This document shows, in pieces, positions 7,817 to 15,802 of a DNA stretch of 24,651 nucleotides. A program made the position numbers and the translations under genes. Position 1 is the first letter of the stretch. Every line of letters begins with the position of its first letter. Origin of the DNA: Pyrobaculum sp. (GTDB lineage: Archaea; Thermoproteota; Thermoprotei; Thermoproteales; Thermoproteaceae); the NCBI GenBank assembly GCA_046293555.1, contig JBKBOT010000008.1, positions 1 through 24,651 on the forward strand, read 5' to 3'. Under the pieces are notes generated by a model. The model was not told the DNA's origin and did no database searches. It saw only the letters and a program-made list of their open reading frames with translations.

Positions 7817-9297
7817 ACAAACCTCTTGATTACCGCCGGGATTTTTTCCAGGAGGTCTGTGGCTGTGATGTGGAAAGACTCCCCCGCCGCAAGCTCTCCA
7901 GCTAGGCCGTTTACGAAGGCAGCCACGGCGGCTGCCTCTAGGGGGTCGCTGCTTTTTGTCAAAAAGGCTGCCACCAGACCTGTCAAAACGTCGCCCGTCC
8001 CTCCTACAGTCATGGCGGGGGTGCCCGTGGCGTTTATTTTTACCCTACGGCCGTCAGAAATCACGTCATATCTCCCCTTGAGGAGAATCACGGCGCCTAG
8101 CCTTTCGGCCCACTCTCTCGCCACCTCGGCCCTCCTCTCTAACTCCAGGGGGGCCTCCACGCCGGTCAAAACCTTGAACTCCCCCGCGTGTGGGGTAAAG
8201 ACGGCCACGCCCTCAGCCCTTATGCCAGCTAGGGCCTTTATGGCGTCTGCGTCTATCACCAGCGGCTTTTTTCCCGCCAGCGCCGTGTGGATCTCCCTGA
8301 CGGCCTCCGGCGTCTCCTCCTCTGTCCCAAGGCCCGGGCCGATGGCCACCACGTCGAATTTTTCGGCGAGTTTAATTACCTGCGGCACGTGGCTTCTAGA
8401 AAGCCTCTCCCCCCTCAGCGGCGTGGCGATAACCTCTGGGCCATGTGTCTTGGCCGCATATGCCGCGGGCTCTGGCGCCGCTATTACCGCTAGATCCACG
8501 CCGCCTCTCAAAGCGGCTTTGGCCACATATACAGGGGCGCCGGAGTACTCCAGAGAGCCCCCAATTATTAACACCCTGCCGTGATCCCCCTTTTTGGAGT
8601 GGGGCTGACGGGAGAAGTTAAGATAGGCGAAATCCCCAGGCCCCACCACCCTTTCCGCCTCTGGGGGTATGCCGATAGGCTCCACCACGAGCTCCCCCAC
8701 ATATCTGGCGGCGTGGGGCGCCAAGAGGCCTTTTTTAGGCTTGTGGAAAGTCACAGTTAGGGCTGCCCTCACCGCCTTGTCTCTCACCTCGCCCGTGTCT
8801 GGATCCAAGCCGCTGGGGATATCTACAGCCACCTTAGGCGCAGGCGCCGCGTTCATAAGCTCGATGGCGGTGGCGTGAGGCTCCCTCAAGGCCCCCCTGA
8901 TGCCGGTGCCCAACACCGCGTCTACAATCACCTCCGCCCAGAGGAGCCAGTCCTGTAGCGCGAAGAGCTCCAGGGGGGTCTGCGCCGCCTTTATCTCCAC
9001 CCCCCACAGCCTCCTTAACGCCAGGTAGTTAGCCAGAGCTGGGCCCCCCCTGGGCTCCCCCAGGGCGATTACCCGGACCTTTTTCCCCGCGGCGTGGAGA
9101 TGTCTGGCGGCCACATAGCCGTCGCCCCCGTTGTCCCCCGTGCCGCAGATAGCCAGTATCCTCCCCCCGGGGAATTTCCTAGCCACGTTTCTCGCCACGG
9201 CGGCCCCCGCGTTTTCCATTAAGACAGATCGCGGCACGCCTAGCCACTCCGCGTTTCTGTCGGCGACATACATCTCCAGGGAGGTTATGACGTCCAC
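7813..9297 (-). CDS. nnr: Bifunctional NAD(P)H-hydrate epimerase/dehydratase (YjeF_N plus YjeF_C)
   Basis: LMENAG, CGTGDNGGDG, VDAVLGTG, AVDIPSGL, HSKKGDHG, AIGPGLG, VIDADA, TPHAGEF, LLKG and GGTGDVLTG. Start is probably GTG 9297; 9315 is possible. Confidence 0.95.
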   Translation of the reverse strand: MDVITSLEMYVADRNAEWLGVPRSVLMENAGAAVARNVARKFPGGRILAICGTGDNGGDGYVAARHLHAAGKKVRVIALGEPRGGPALANYLALRRLWGVEIKAAQTPLELFALQDWLLWAEVIVDAVLGTGIRGALREPHATAIELMNAAPAPKVAVDIPSGLDPDTGEVRDKAVRAALTVTFHKPKKGLLAPHAARYVGELVVEPIGIPPEAERVVGPGDFAYLNFSRQPHSKKGDHGRVLIIGGSLEYSGAPVYVAKAALRGGVDLAVIAAPEPAAYAAKTHGPEVIATPLRGERLSRSHVPQVIKLAEKFDVVAIGPGLGTEEETPEAVREIHTALAGKKPLVIDADAIKALAGIRAEGVAVFTPHAGEFKVLTGVEAPLELERRAEVAREWAERLGAVILLKGRYDVISDGRRVKINATGTPAMTVGGTGDVLTGLVAAFLTKSSDPLEAAAVAAFVNGLAGELAAGESFHITATDLLEKIPAVIKRFV

Positions 9298-9333
9298 ATG
9301 TGTAAAACAACACACCTATTTGTATCTCCCGGC

Positions 9334-9427
9334 TGGCGGGCCCGATGGGATTTGAACCCACGACCTACGGCTTAGAAGGCCGCCGCTGTGGACCGACACT
9401 CGGCTATCCGGGCTGAGCTACGGGCCC
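9334..9427 (-). tRNA. tRNA-Arg(TCT) with a 16-nt non-canonical intron (9403-9388, position 22/23); CCA encoded
   Basis: Minus strand reads GGGCCCG-TA-GCTC-AGCCCGGATA-G[CCGAGTGTCGGTCCAC]AGC-G-GCGGC-CT-TCT-AA-GCCGT-AGGTC-GTGGG-TTCAAAT-CCCAT-CGGGCCC-G-CCA. Confidence 0.95.
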
Positions 9428-9447
9428 TGGGGGGAGATGTGGGGAAT

Positions 9448-9460
9448 TTTATAAGCTTTT
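9448..9460 (-). promoter_or_regulatory. BRE/TATA promoter of tRNA-Arg(TCT)
   Basis: Minus strand AAAAG followed by CTTATAAA (9455-9448), which starts 28 nt before G1. Confidence 0.75.
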
Positions 9461-9486
9461 CCCCCCCAAACTACACCTCTCGACAC

Positions 9487-9754
9487 ATGCGGCTTGGCGA
9501 CCTGAAGGAAGGCGAGATATATAGCCACGGCGACGCCATCTTGATACTATATAGGAGGCGCGTATATGTATACAAAGACCACATGCCTACTGTACCCTCT
9601 CTACCGCGGGGCGTGTAGAGGGGGGCGTGTTGGACCTGCCACTACTGTCGTTTTGAGGTCGAGAGCCTCTCTCACTCCAGAACTCACCACAGAGCCTCTT
9701 ACCAGACTCCCCGTGAGGGTTGTGGGAGACGAAATTGTGTTACATTTTTCGTAA
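9487..9754 (+). pseudogene. Rieske (2Fe-2S) ferredoxin pseudogene with three frameshifts
   Basis: Four segments join into a Rieske-type domain: frame 1 MRLGDLKEG...VYVYKD, frame 3 PHAYCTLSTAGRVEGGVL (9579-9632), frame 1 TCHYCRFEVES (9634-9666), frame 2 SLTPELTTEPLTRLPVRVVGDEIVLHFS*. Confidence 0.8.
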
Positions 9755-10436
9755 TTTCTAGCAGCTGTCTATATCTCTCCACAAGCCCCCTGGCGTCTCC
9801 AGTCTTTCTGTAATACTCCTTGTCTAGATGTTCGCCGCCGCAGATCAGCCTAAAGGTGTCGCCAGAGATCTCGTCTATTAGCACCAAGCTACCTCCAGCC
9901 GTCCCGAACTCGAGCTTTATGTCCAGTAGGTCGCAGTTAGCCCTGGCGTATAGCTCTTTGAGCATAGCCGCGGCGGCTGTGGCCATTGACCTCATGTCTT
10001 TTACCTCCCCCTCTGTGGCTAGGCCGCCTTCTATCACGTCCTCCTCCAGGAGGAGGGGGTCGTGCAGCCTGTCGTCTTTAAGGTGGAACTCCACTATAGG
10101 CCTCCTGAAGGGAGTCAGCGGCTCTAGTCTAGGCATTCTCTTTAGGTAGCTGCCGTAGGCTTTAAACCTCACTATTACCTCCAGCGGCTTTGGCTCCGCG
10201 GGTTTTACCAACAGGGAGTTGGGGCCCCACGTCTTTATAAAGTGGGTGGCCACCCCCCCGCTCTCTATGTGGCTAAACAAAAGCGCAGAGGTTCCGGCCG
10301 CCAGTACCCCCTTCCCCGGCGCCTTGTCTCTCCTGGCGCCATCCCCCGCTGTGACCTCATCTTTAAACTCCATCACGTACCCCAGCTCCGTCTTGTATAG
10401 ACGCTTCGCCTTACCCTCATATATGAACATGTCCAT
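9699..10436 (-). CDS. purC: SAICAR synthetase
   Basis: YEGKAKRLY, EFKDEVTAGDG, PLEVIVR, VEFHLKDD, LLDIKLEFG and LIDEISGDTFRL. Start is ATG 10436 (or 10430), preceded by SD-like GTGATGA. Confidence 0.95.
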   Translation of the reverse strand: MDMFIYEGKAKRLYKTELGYVMEFKDEVTAGDGARRDKAPGKGVLAAGTSALLFSHIESGGVATHFIKTWGPNSLLVKPAEPKPLEVIVRFKAYGSYLKRMPRLEPLTPFRRPIVEFHLKDDRLHDPLLLEEDVIEGGLATEGEVKDMRSMATAAAAMLKELYARANCDLLDIKLEFGTAGGSLVLIDEISGDTFRLICGGEHLDKEYYRKTGDARGLVERYRQLLEITKNVTQFRLPQPSRGVW

Positions 10437-10568
10437 CTCATCACATGGGGATAAAAACTTTATTTCACCACTTAAAACATGACGCAGAGCCTCCACGTGC
10501 CGTCCCAAAAGTTTTAAACCTTTGGTTAATTTAGGGCAGAATTTTTAAATATGGGGAGCTGTGGGGCT

Positions 10569-12008
10569 ATGGATAAAGTGCTTGTGGTGGGCGACGGGGC
10601 TAGAGAGCACTCCATAGCCTGGTCCTTGGCTAACAGCGGCGTGAGGGTTTTCGCCGTGATGGGACACATAAATCCAGGCATCTTGCGGCACATAAGGGAG
10701 ACAGGCGGCGGCTACAGGCTGGCCGCCCCCACCGACCCACACGCGGTGGCTAAGGCGGCTGAGGAGTTCTCCCCAGACCTGGTGGTCATAGGGCCAGAGG
10801 AGCCTCTTTTCGCCGGGGTTGCCGACGTCCTGAGGGAGGGGGGGTTTTTAACCCTGGGTGCCCCCTCCAGGGGGGCTTTGATAGAAATGCGGAAAGACGT
10901 GGCTAGATACCTACAGTGGAAATACAAGATACCCGGCAGGCTGATATATGGAGTTTTTAAAGACCCTGAGGAGGCCTACCGTTTCGCCAAGGCGCTGGGG
11001 TCTGTGGCCATTAAGCCGATCAGGCAGGCTGGGGGCAAGGGGGTGAGGGTCATCTATGGGGAGGCCAGGTACCTAGAGGGGGCTTTTGACGCCGTCTTTC
11101 TAAAGGGGGCAGAGGAGATAAAAACACAGCTGTCGTCATATAGAGACGTAGAGGCGGCGGTGCTTGTAGAGGAGGCTGTGTGGGGCGTCGAGTATACACT
11201 ACAGACCCTCACCGACGGCGAGACCGTCTTCCCACTCCCCCCGGTGCAGGACAACCCACATGCATACGAGCTGGGGGTGGGGCCCGAGTGTGGCGGCATG
11301 GGGACCGTCTCCCCCCTCCCCTTTGTTGCCAGCGAGGAGGTAGAAGAGGCGGCTGCGGCCATTAGAGCCACGGCGTCTGCCATAGAGAGGGAATTCGGCG
11401 TGAGGTACGTGGGGGCTTTAAGCGGCCAGATGATGCTTACAGCCAGGGGGCCTGTGGTCATAGAGTATTACAGCAGGCTGGGAGATCCAGAGGCGTTAAA
11501 CGCACTCTTTCTCTACCAGGGGGATGCCTACCAGCTATTCCGGCTGGCAGCCGAGGGGAGGTTACATAAGGCGGAGAGGAGGTTTAAAGAGGGCTATACT
11601 GTGGTAAAGGCGGTGGCGCCTCTGGGGTACCCGCTTAAGAGAGAGAGAGGTGTGAGGCTAGCCATAGACTGGGACGTGGTGAAGAGAGAAGGCTGTCTTG
11701 TGTTTTTCGGCTCGGCGGTAGAGTCGCCGGAGGGCGGCTACGAGACCCTCGGCTCCAGGGCGGTAGAGATCTTGGCCTGGGGCCCCACGCCCGAGGAGGC
11801 CTACATGAGGTCTGAACGCTGTATGGCCGCAGTTAGGGGAGACGGCGTTTTTTACAGGAGAGACATAGGGTCTCCACACTACATGAAGAAAATGTCCCAA
11901 AAGGCCGACGTGGTGAGAAAAGTCTACAGGTGGCGCCGCCAGAGGGGGGCAGAGTCGCCGCGTGTCGTCTGGGAGCCGGGAAGGGGGGTGTTTACATACG
12001 AGGGGTAA
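10569..12008 (+). CDS. purD: Phosphoribosylamine--glycine ligase
   Basis: KVLVVGDGAREH, VIGPEEPL, AGGKGV, GGMG and IEYYSRLGDPEA. TATA TTTTTAAA at 10542 starts 27 nt before ATG 10569. Confidence 0.96.
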   Translation: MDKVLVVGDGAREHSIAWSLANSGVRVFAVMGHINPGILRHIRETGGGYRLAAPTDPHAVAKAAEEFSPDLVVIGPEEPLFAGVADVLREGGFLTLGAPSRGALIEMRKDVARYLQWKYKIPGRLIYGVFKDPEEAYRFAKALGSVAIKPIRQAGGKGVRVIYGEARYLEGAFDAVFLKGAEEIKTQLSSYRDVEAAVLVEEAVWGVEYTLQTLTDGETVFPLPPVQDNPHAYELGVGPECGGMGTVSPLPFVASEEVEEAAAAIRATASAIEREFGVRYVGALSGQMMLTARGPVVIEYYSRLGDPEALNALFLYQGDAYQLFRLAAEGRLHKAERRFKEGYTVVKAVAPLGYPLKRERGVRLAIDWDVVKREGCLVFFGSAVESPEGGYETLGSRAVEILAWGPTPEEAYMRSERCMAAVRGDGVFYRRDIGSPHYMKKMSQKADVVRKVYRWRRQRGAESPRVVWEPGRGVFTYEG

Positions 12009-13138
12009 TGTCGGCAGGACTTTTCGCCATATATAGCTTTGGCGGCGAGGTGGAGCTCTACCCCCTGCTTTATTACGGCTTAAAGGCCATGTCCAACAGA
12101 GGCGACGTGGCCTCAGCCTACACGCTGGCGGGGGGAGTCGTGAAGAGGGTGGAGATAGACCTGTCGAGAGAAGAGGAGAGATCTGTAACTGGAGAGGCGG
12201 CTGTGGGTTGTGTCTATGTGGAGGAATGTTGTAAAGAGACTAAATGGGGGGCTCTCTGTAAGTTCGGCCCAGAGGACCCGGCGCCGGGGGAGAGGCCCGC
12301 CGGCACGGCCTACGTGGCGTTGACAAGAGAGGGGCTATATGTCTACAGGCCGCCTAACTTTTGGCATCTGGCCGTTGGGGCACACGGCTTTGATTTCCTC
12401 ATTGCGGCCACTGAGTCCTCCGCGGTAGAGGTGCTAGGGGGGGAGGTCAGGAAGAGCCTCGAGGGGGGCGAGATGTTAAAAGTGTGGAAATACGGCGTCG
12501 TGTCTACTGGCGGCAGCCAGAAGGGGCCCGCCTGCGCCCTGGACTACATATATGCGTCTAGGCTGGACAGCAAGATAGACGGCGTGGAGGTAGCCGAGGT
12601 TAGATCCAAACTGGCGGCAGCTCTCGCGGCTAGGATCAAGGCCGATGTGGACATCATTGTGGGTATCCCGGAGACTGGCGTGTATTACGCCTCCTGGCTG
12701 GCGAGGTGGCTTGGCAGGTGGTGTTTTCCAGCCTTTGTGGCTACCGCAAGGGGGAGAAGCGCCCTTCTCGACGAGGTCAAAGAGAGGCTAGCCGTAATAC
12801 AGCTAAAGGCAAACGTGGTGGAGTCTGTGGTGAGGGAGAGACGTGTGTTAGTAGTAGACGACAGTCTGATCAGCGGCTTGACGATAAGGCAGATCTCCCA
12901 ACTGCTTAGAGGCAAGGCGGGGGCCACGGAGGTACACGTGGCTGTGGCGTCGCCGCCGTTAAGACGGAGGTGTCCCTACGGCGTGAAGATGCCTCCAGAA
13001 AGCCACATGGCTTATAACCACCTAGAGGAGAGACAGGTGCCACTTGCGCTTGAGGTAGACAGCTTGACCTATCTAGACGTGGGGGAGGTGAAAAAGGCCG
13101 TGGGGAGGGAGATCTGCACCCTTTGTTTTTACAGATGA
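12008..13138 (+). CDS. Amidophosphoribosyltransferase paralogue lacking the N-terminal catalytic Cys (PurF-like)
   Basis: ATG 12008 overlaps the purD stop (TAATG) and the protein starts MSAGLFA. CALDYIYASRLDS, GIPETG, VLVVDDSLISGLT, ASPP..CPYG and CTLCF are retained. Confidence 0.88.
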   Translation: MSAGLFAIYSFGGEVELYPLLYYGLKAMSNRGDVASAYTLAGGVVKRVEIDLSREEERSVTGEAAVGCVYVEECCKETKWGALCKFGPEDPAPGERPAGTAYVALTREGLYVYRPPNFWHLAVGAHGFDFLIAATESSAVEVLGGEVRKSLEGGEMLKVWKYGVVSTGGSQKGPACALDYIYASRLDSKIDGVEVAEVRSKLAAALAARIKADVDIIVGIPETGVYYASWLARWLGRWCFPAFVATARGRSALLDEVKERLAVIQLKANVVESVVRERRVLVVDDSLISGLTIRQISQLLRGKAGATEVHVAVASPPLRRRCPYGVKMPPESHMAYNHLEERQVPLALEVDSLTYLDVGEVKKAVGREICTLCFYR

Positions 13139-13956
13139 GACTGGGGGTATTGGCCTCCTGGAGGGGGACAAACTTCAGGGCTATTATGCAACACGTCCAG
13201 CTGGGAGTTCTAAAGGGAGTAGAGCCAGCCTTGTTGATATATAGCGACGAAAATGCTCCAGTTAGAAAAATTGCGGGCGAGATGGGGGTAGAGGCCGTCT
13301 TTGTGAGACATAAGGGGGTCCCCCGGAGGGAGAGAGAGGGGGAAATGTGGCAAATTTTGTCTCAACACGGCGTTGAGGTTGTGGCTTTGGCGGGTTATGA
13401 CTATATCCTCAGCGGGGATTTTATCTCTAGATTCCGGCTGGTGTTAAACATACACCCGTCGTTATTGCCCTTTGCGGGGGGCAAGGGGATGTACGGCATG
13501 CGCGTACATATGGAGGTATATAGGTCTGGGGCAAAGGCGTCGGGGCCTACAGTACATGTGGTAGACGAGTCTGTAGATGGGGGGCCTATTGTGGACCAAT
13601 GGCCTGTCTATATCGGCGATATATACTCCCTACCCCTCTCGAGAGAGGAAAAACTACAGGTACTGGCGGACAGAGTTTTGATTTTTGAACATAGGCTATA
13701 CCCCAGAGTGCTACAAGCTGTGGCAGACGGGCTTTTAGAACTCAGGGAGGAGGTAGTGAAGGTGCCCAAAGTGGTGGAAGAGGGGGGCAGGCTGAGGCTT
13801 GTGGAGGAGGAGGCTGTGGTAAAGAGGGCGGTGTTGAGAATAGATAACGCCTGGAGGCGGGAGTGGGAGGGGAGACAGCGGGCGTTTATTCAACGCCAGC
13901 TGGAAGAATGGCGGGATAGACTTGACTTAATTCTGCCGCCATGGTTACGTGGATAA
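13135..13956 (+). CDS. purN: Folate-dependent GAR transformylase with C-terminal extension
   Basis: LASWRGTNF, ALAGY, LNIHPSLLP, GPTVHVVDESVDGGPI and EHRLYP; ATGA overlap at 13135. Confidence 0.93.
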   Translation: MRLGVLASWRGTNFRAIMQHVQLGVLKGVEPALLIYSDENAPVRKIAGEMGVEAVFVRHKGVPRREREGEMWQILSQHGVEVVALAGYDYILSGDFISRFRLVLNIHPSLLPFAGGKGMYGMRVHMEVYRSGAKASGPTVHVVDESVDGGPIVDQWPVYIGDIYSLPLSREEKLQVLADRVLIFEHRLYPRVLQAVADGLLELREEVVKVPKVVEEGGRLRLVEEEAVVKRAVLRIDNAWRREWEGRQRAFIQRQLEEWRDRLDLILPPWLRG

Positions 13957-14873
13957 AGGGGGCCTCCCTCCACGAGGAGGCTAAAGAGTGGGCGAGAGCC
14001 CACGTGAGGAGGCTGGAGGAGCTGGGCATAACGCCAAAGCTGGCGGTATTGCTGCTAAATGACGACCCGGTGGAGCTCGAGACGCAGCGGAAATACGTCT
14101 CGCTGAAGGCGAGAGATGTGAGAGAGATCGGGGGCGAGGTGGAGATACATGAGTTATACCAAGTGCCCCCCGCCCAGAGGACGAGAGAGGCCTTGAGGCT
14201 TATAGAGAGTCTAAACAAGAGAGACGACGTGACTGGAGTTTTAATCCAGAAGCCAGTGCCCCCATTTGTAGACGAGAGGCTGTTGTTCGACACGCTTGCG
14301 CCGGAGAAGGATGTAGACGGCTTGACGCCAGAAAACAAGAAGAGGCTTGTCACAAGTTTTGACCTACAGAACGACATACTTCCCTGTACCCCCGCCGGCA
14401 TTTTGGAGCTTATGTATAAATACGGCATAGAGGTGGGAGGTCAAGACGTGGTGGTAGTAGGCAAGGGGGAGCTAGTGGGGAAGCCTCTGGCCATAATGCT
14501 CATACAGCTTGACGCCACAGTCACCGTGTTACACGCCCTTTCGAAAGACAGGCTGAGATATGTGAGACATGCGGATATTGTGATCTCAGCAGTGGGGAGA
14601 CCGCCGGAGCTATATAGAGACAACCCCTGGAGGCTCACTGGCGATATGATTAAAGAGGGGGCGGTGGTAATAGCCGTGGGGGGCAAGGTGGATCCGGCCA
14701 CTGGAAAGTGGCATTTTGACGTAGATGAGAGGTCTGTGGCTGAAAGAGCTTCTTTCCTCACGCCTAATATCGGCGGCGTGGGGCTAGCCACCAGGTCCAG
14801 GCTGTTAAAAAACCTCATAAGGGCCACGTATCAAGTGGCCCGCCTCACTACAGCCGCCAGGCTGTTAACATGA
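13941..14873 (+). CDS. folD: Methylene-THF dehydrogenase/cyclohydrolase (FolD family, divergent)
   Basis: YVSLK (YxxxK), GVLIQKP, PEKDVDGL, PCTPAGI, VGKP, ADIVISAVG and TPNIGGVG. Confidence 0.9.
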   Translation: MVTWIKGASLHEEAKEWARAHVRRLEELGITPKLAVLLLNDDPVELETQRKYVSLKARDVREIGGEVEIHELYQVPPAQRTREALRLIESLNKRDDVTGVLIQKPVPPFVDERLLFDTLAPEKDVDGLTPENKKRLVTSFDLQNDILPCTPAGILELMYKYGIEVGGQDVVVVGKGELVGKPLAIMLIQLDATVTVLHALSKDRLRYVRHADIVISAVGRPPELYRDNPWRLTGDMIKEGAVVIAVGGKVDPATGKWHFDVDERSVAERASFLTPNIGGVGLATRSRLLKNLIRATYQVARLTTAARLLT

Positions 14874-15802
14874 GGTATAAAAACGCCGGGGTTGATCTAG
14901 ACAGACACAGGCAGGTACATAAACTGGCCGAGGGGGCTCTCGGAGGCGCCAGGGGGCTTTACGTCAGGTGGGTAGAGGTGGGCGGCGTGGAGGTCGCCCT
15001 CCACGTAGATGGCGTTGGGACAAAAACGCTCTGGCTTCTCCAACAGGGACAGCTGGAGACCGCCGGGTGGGATTGCGTCTTTGTAAATATTAACGACGTG
15101 GTTTGTGACGGCTTTAAGACAGTGGCAGCGGTGGATTACATAGCCGTCTCCCCGGGGCTAGAGGATAAAGCCGGGGAGGTGCTTCGAGGGGTCTCAAAGG
15201 CGTTAGAGATAGTGGGGGCTGCCCTCCTGGGCGGGGAGGTGGCCATAATGCCGGAGGTGGTAAGCGGCGTGGATGTGGTCTGTACGGTTCTCGCCACGCG
15301 GGAGGCGAGACCCAGCGAGGTCAGCCCTGGGGATTACATAATCGGCCTGGCCTCCACCGGGCCTCATGCCAACGGCTATAGTCTGCTCAGAAGGCTGTTT
15401 AGACTTGATGAGAAGATATGTGGCGCCCCGGCGTGGGAGGTGTTGCTCAAGCCCGTGGCTGACTACAGCCCCGTGTTGAGACTATATGGAGAGGGCTTGA
15501 TAAAAGCCGCGGCTCACATAACTGGCGGCTCTTTTACAAAACTTAAAAGAGCTCTGGGGCCCCACGGCGCGGACATCAGGCTTGGGGAAAAGCCCTGTTG
15601 GGCTCTAGAGGCCGTCAGGAGGGGGGTCCCCCTGGAGGAGGCCTATAGGGTGTTCAACATGGGGGTTGGGATGGCCCTCTTTACAGATAGGCCAGAGGAT
15701 GTGGTAAGGAGAGCTGGAGATTTTGGCCTCGACGCTAGGGTTATCGGGGTGGTGAAGCCAGGCGGGGCGATAAAAGTAGACGAGGTGGTTTTCACCTCTT
15801 GA
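14870..15802 (+). CDS. purM: AIR synthetase
   Basis: YKNAGVD, DGVGTK, NDVVC, GGEVAIMP, STGPHANGYSL, AHITGG and VFNMGVGM. Confidence 0.96.
   Translation: MRYKNAGVDLDRHRQVHKLAEGALGGARGLYVRWVEVGGVEVALHVDGVGTKTLWLLQQGQLETAGWDCVFVNINDVVCDGFKTVAAVDYIAVSPGLEDKAGEVLRGVSKALEIVGAALLGGEVAIMPEVVSGVDVVCTVLATREARPSEVSPGDYIIGLASTGPHANGYSLLRRLFRLDEKICGAPAWEVLLKPVADYSPVLRLYGEGLIKAAAHITGGSFTKLKRALGPHGADIRLGEKPCWALEAVRRGVPLEEAYRVFNMGVGMALFTDRPEDVVRRAGDFGLDARVIGVVKPGGAIKVDEVVFTS

Noticed and set aside
7700-8584. 294-aa plus-strand ORF and the many similar shadow ORFs (e.g. 4591-4992, 6474-6968, 13886-14428, 17263-17718, 20493-20963, 23095-23607)
   Set aside because: They lie antisense to well-supported genes, are Ser/Thr/Ala/Pro-rich and have no motifs, as expected in GC-rich coding DNA.
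9388-9486. 5' part of the 76-aa ORF 9388-9618
   Set aside because: It starts inside the antisense tRNA and crosses its promoter; only the part from ATG 9487 looks like protein.
10438-10444. Minus-strand GTGATGA (perfect C box) before purC
   Set aside because: No CTGA D boxes follow at the proper distance; it is better read as a Shine-Dalgarno-like sequence.
11930-12007. Upstream GTG start for the PurF-like ORF; similar over-extended starts for purC (10508), purD (10551), purN (13123) and the permease (5492)
   Set aside because: Stop/start overlaps, TATA spacing and family N-termini support the downstream starts.
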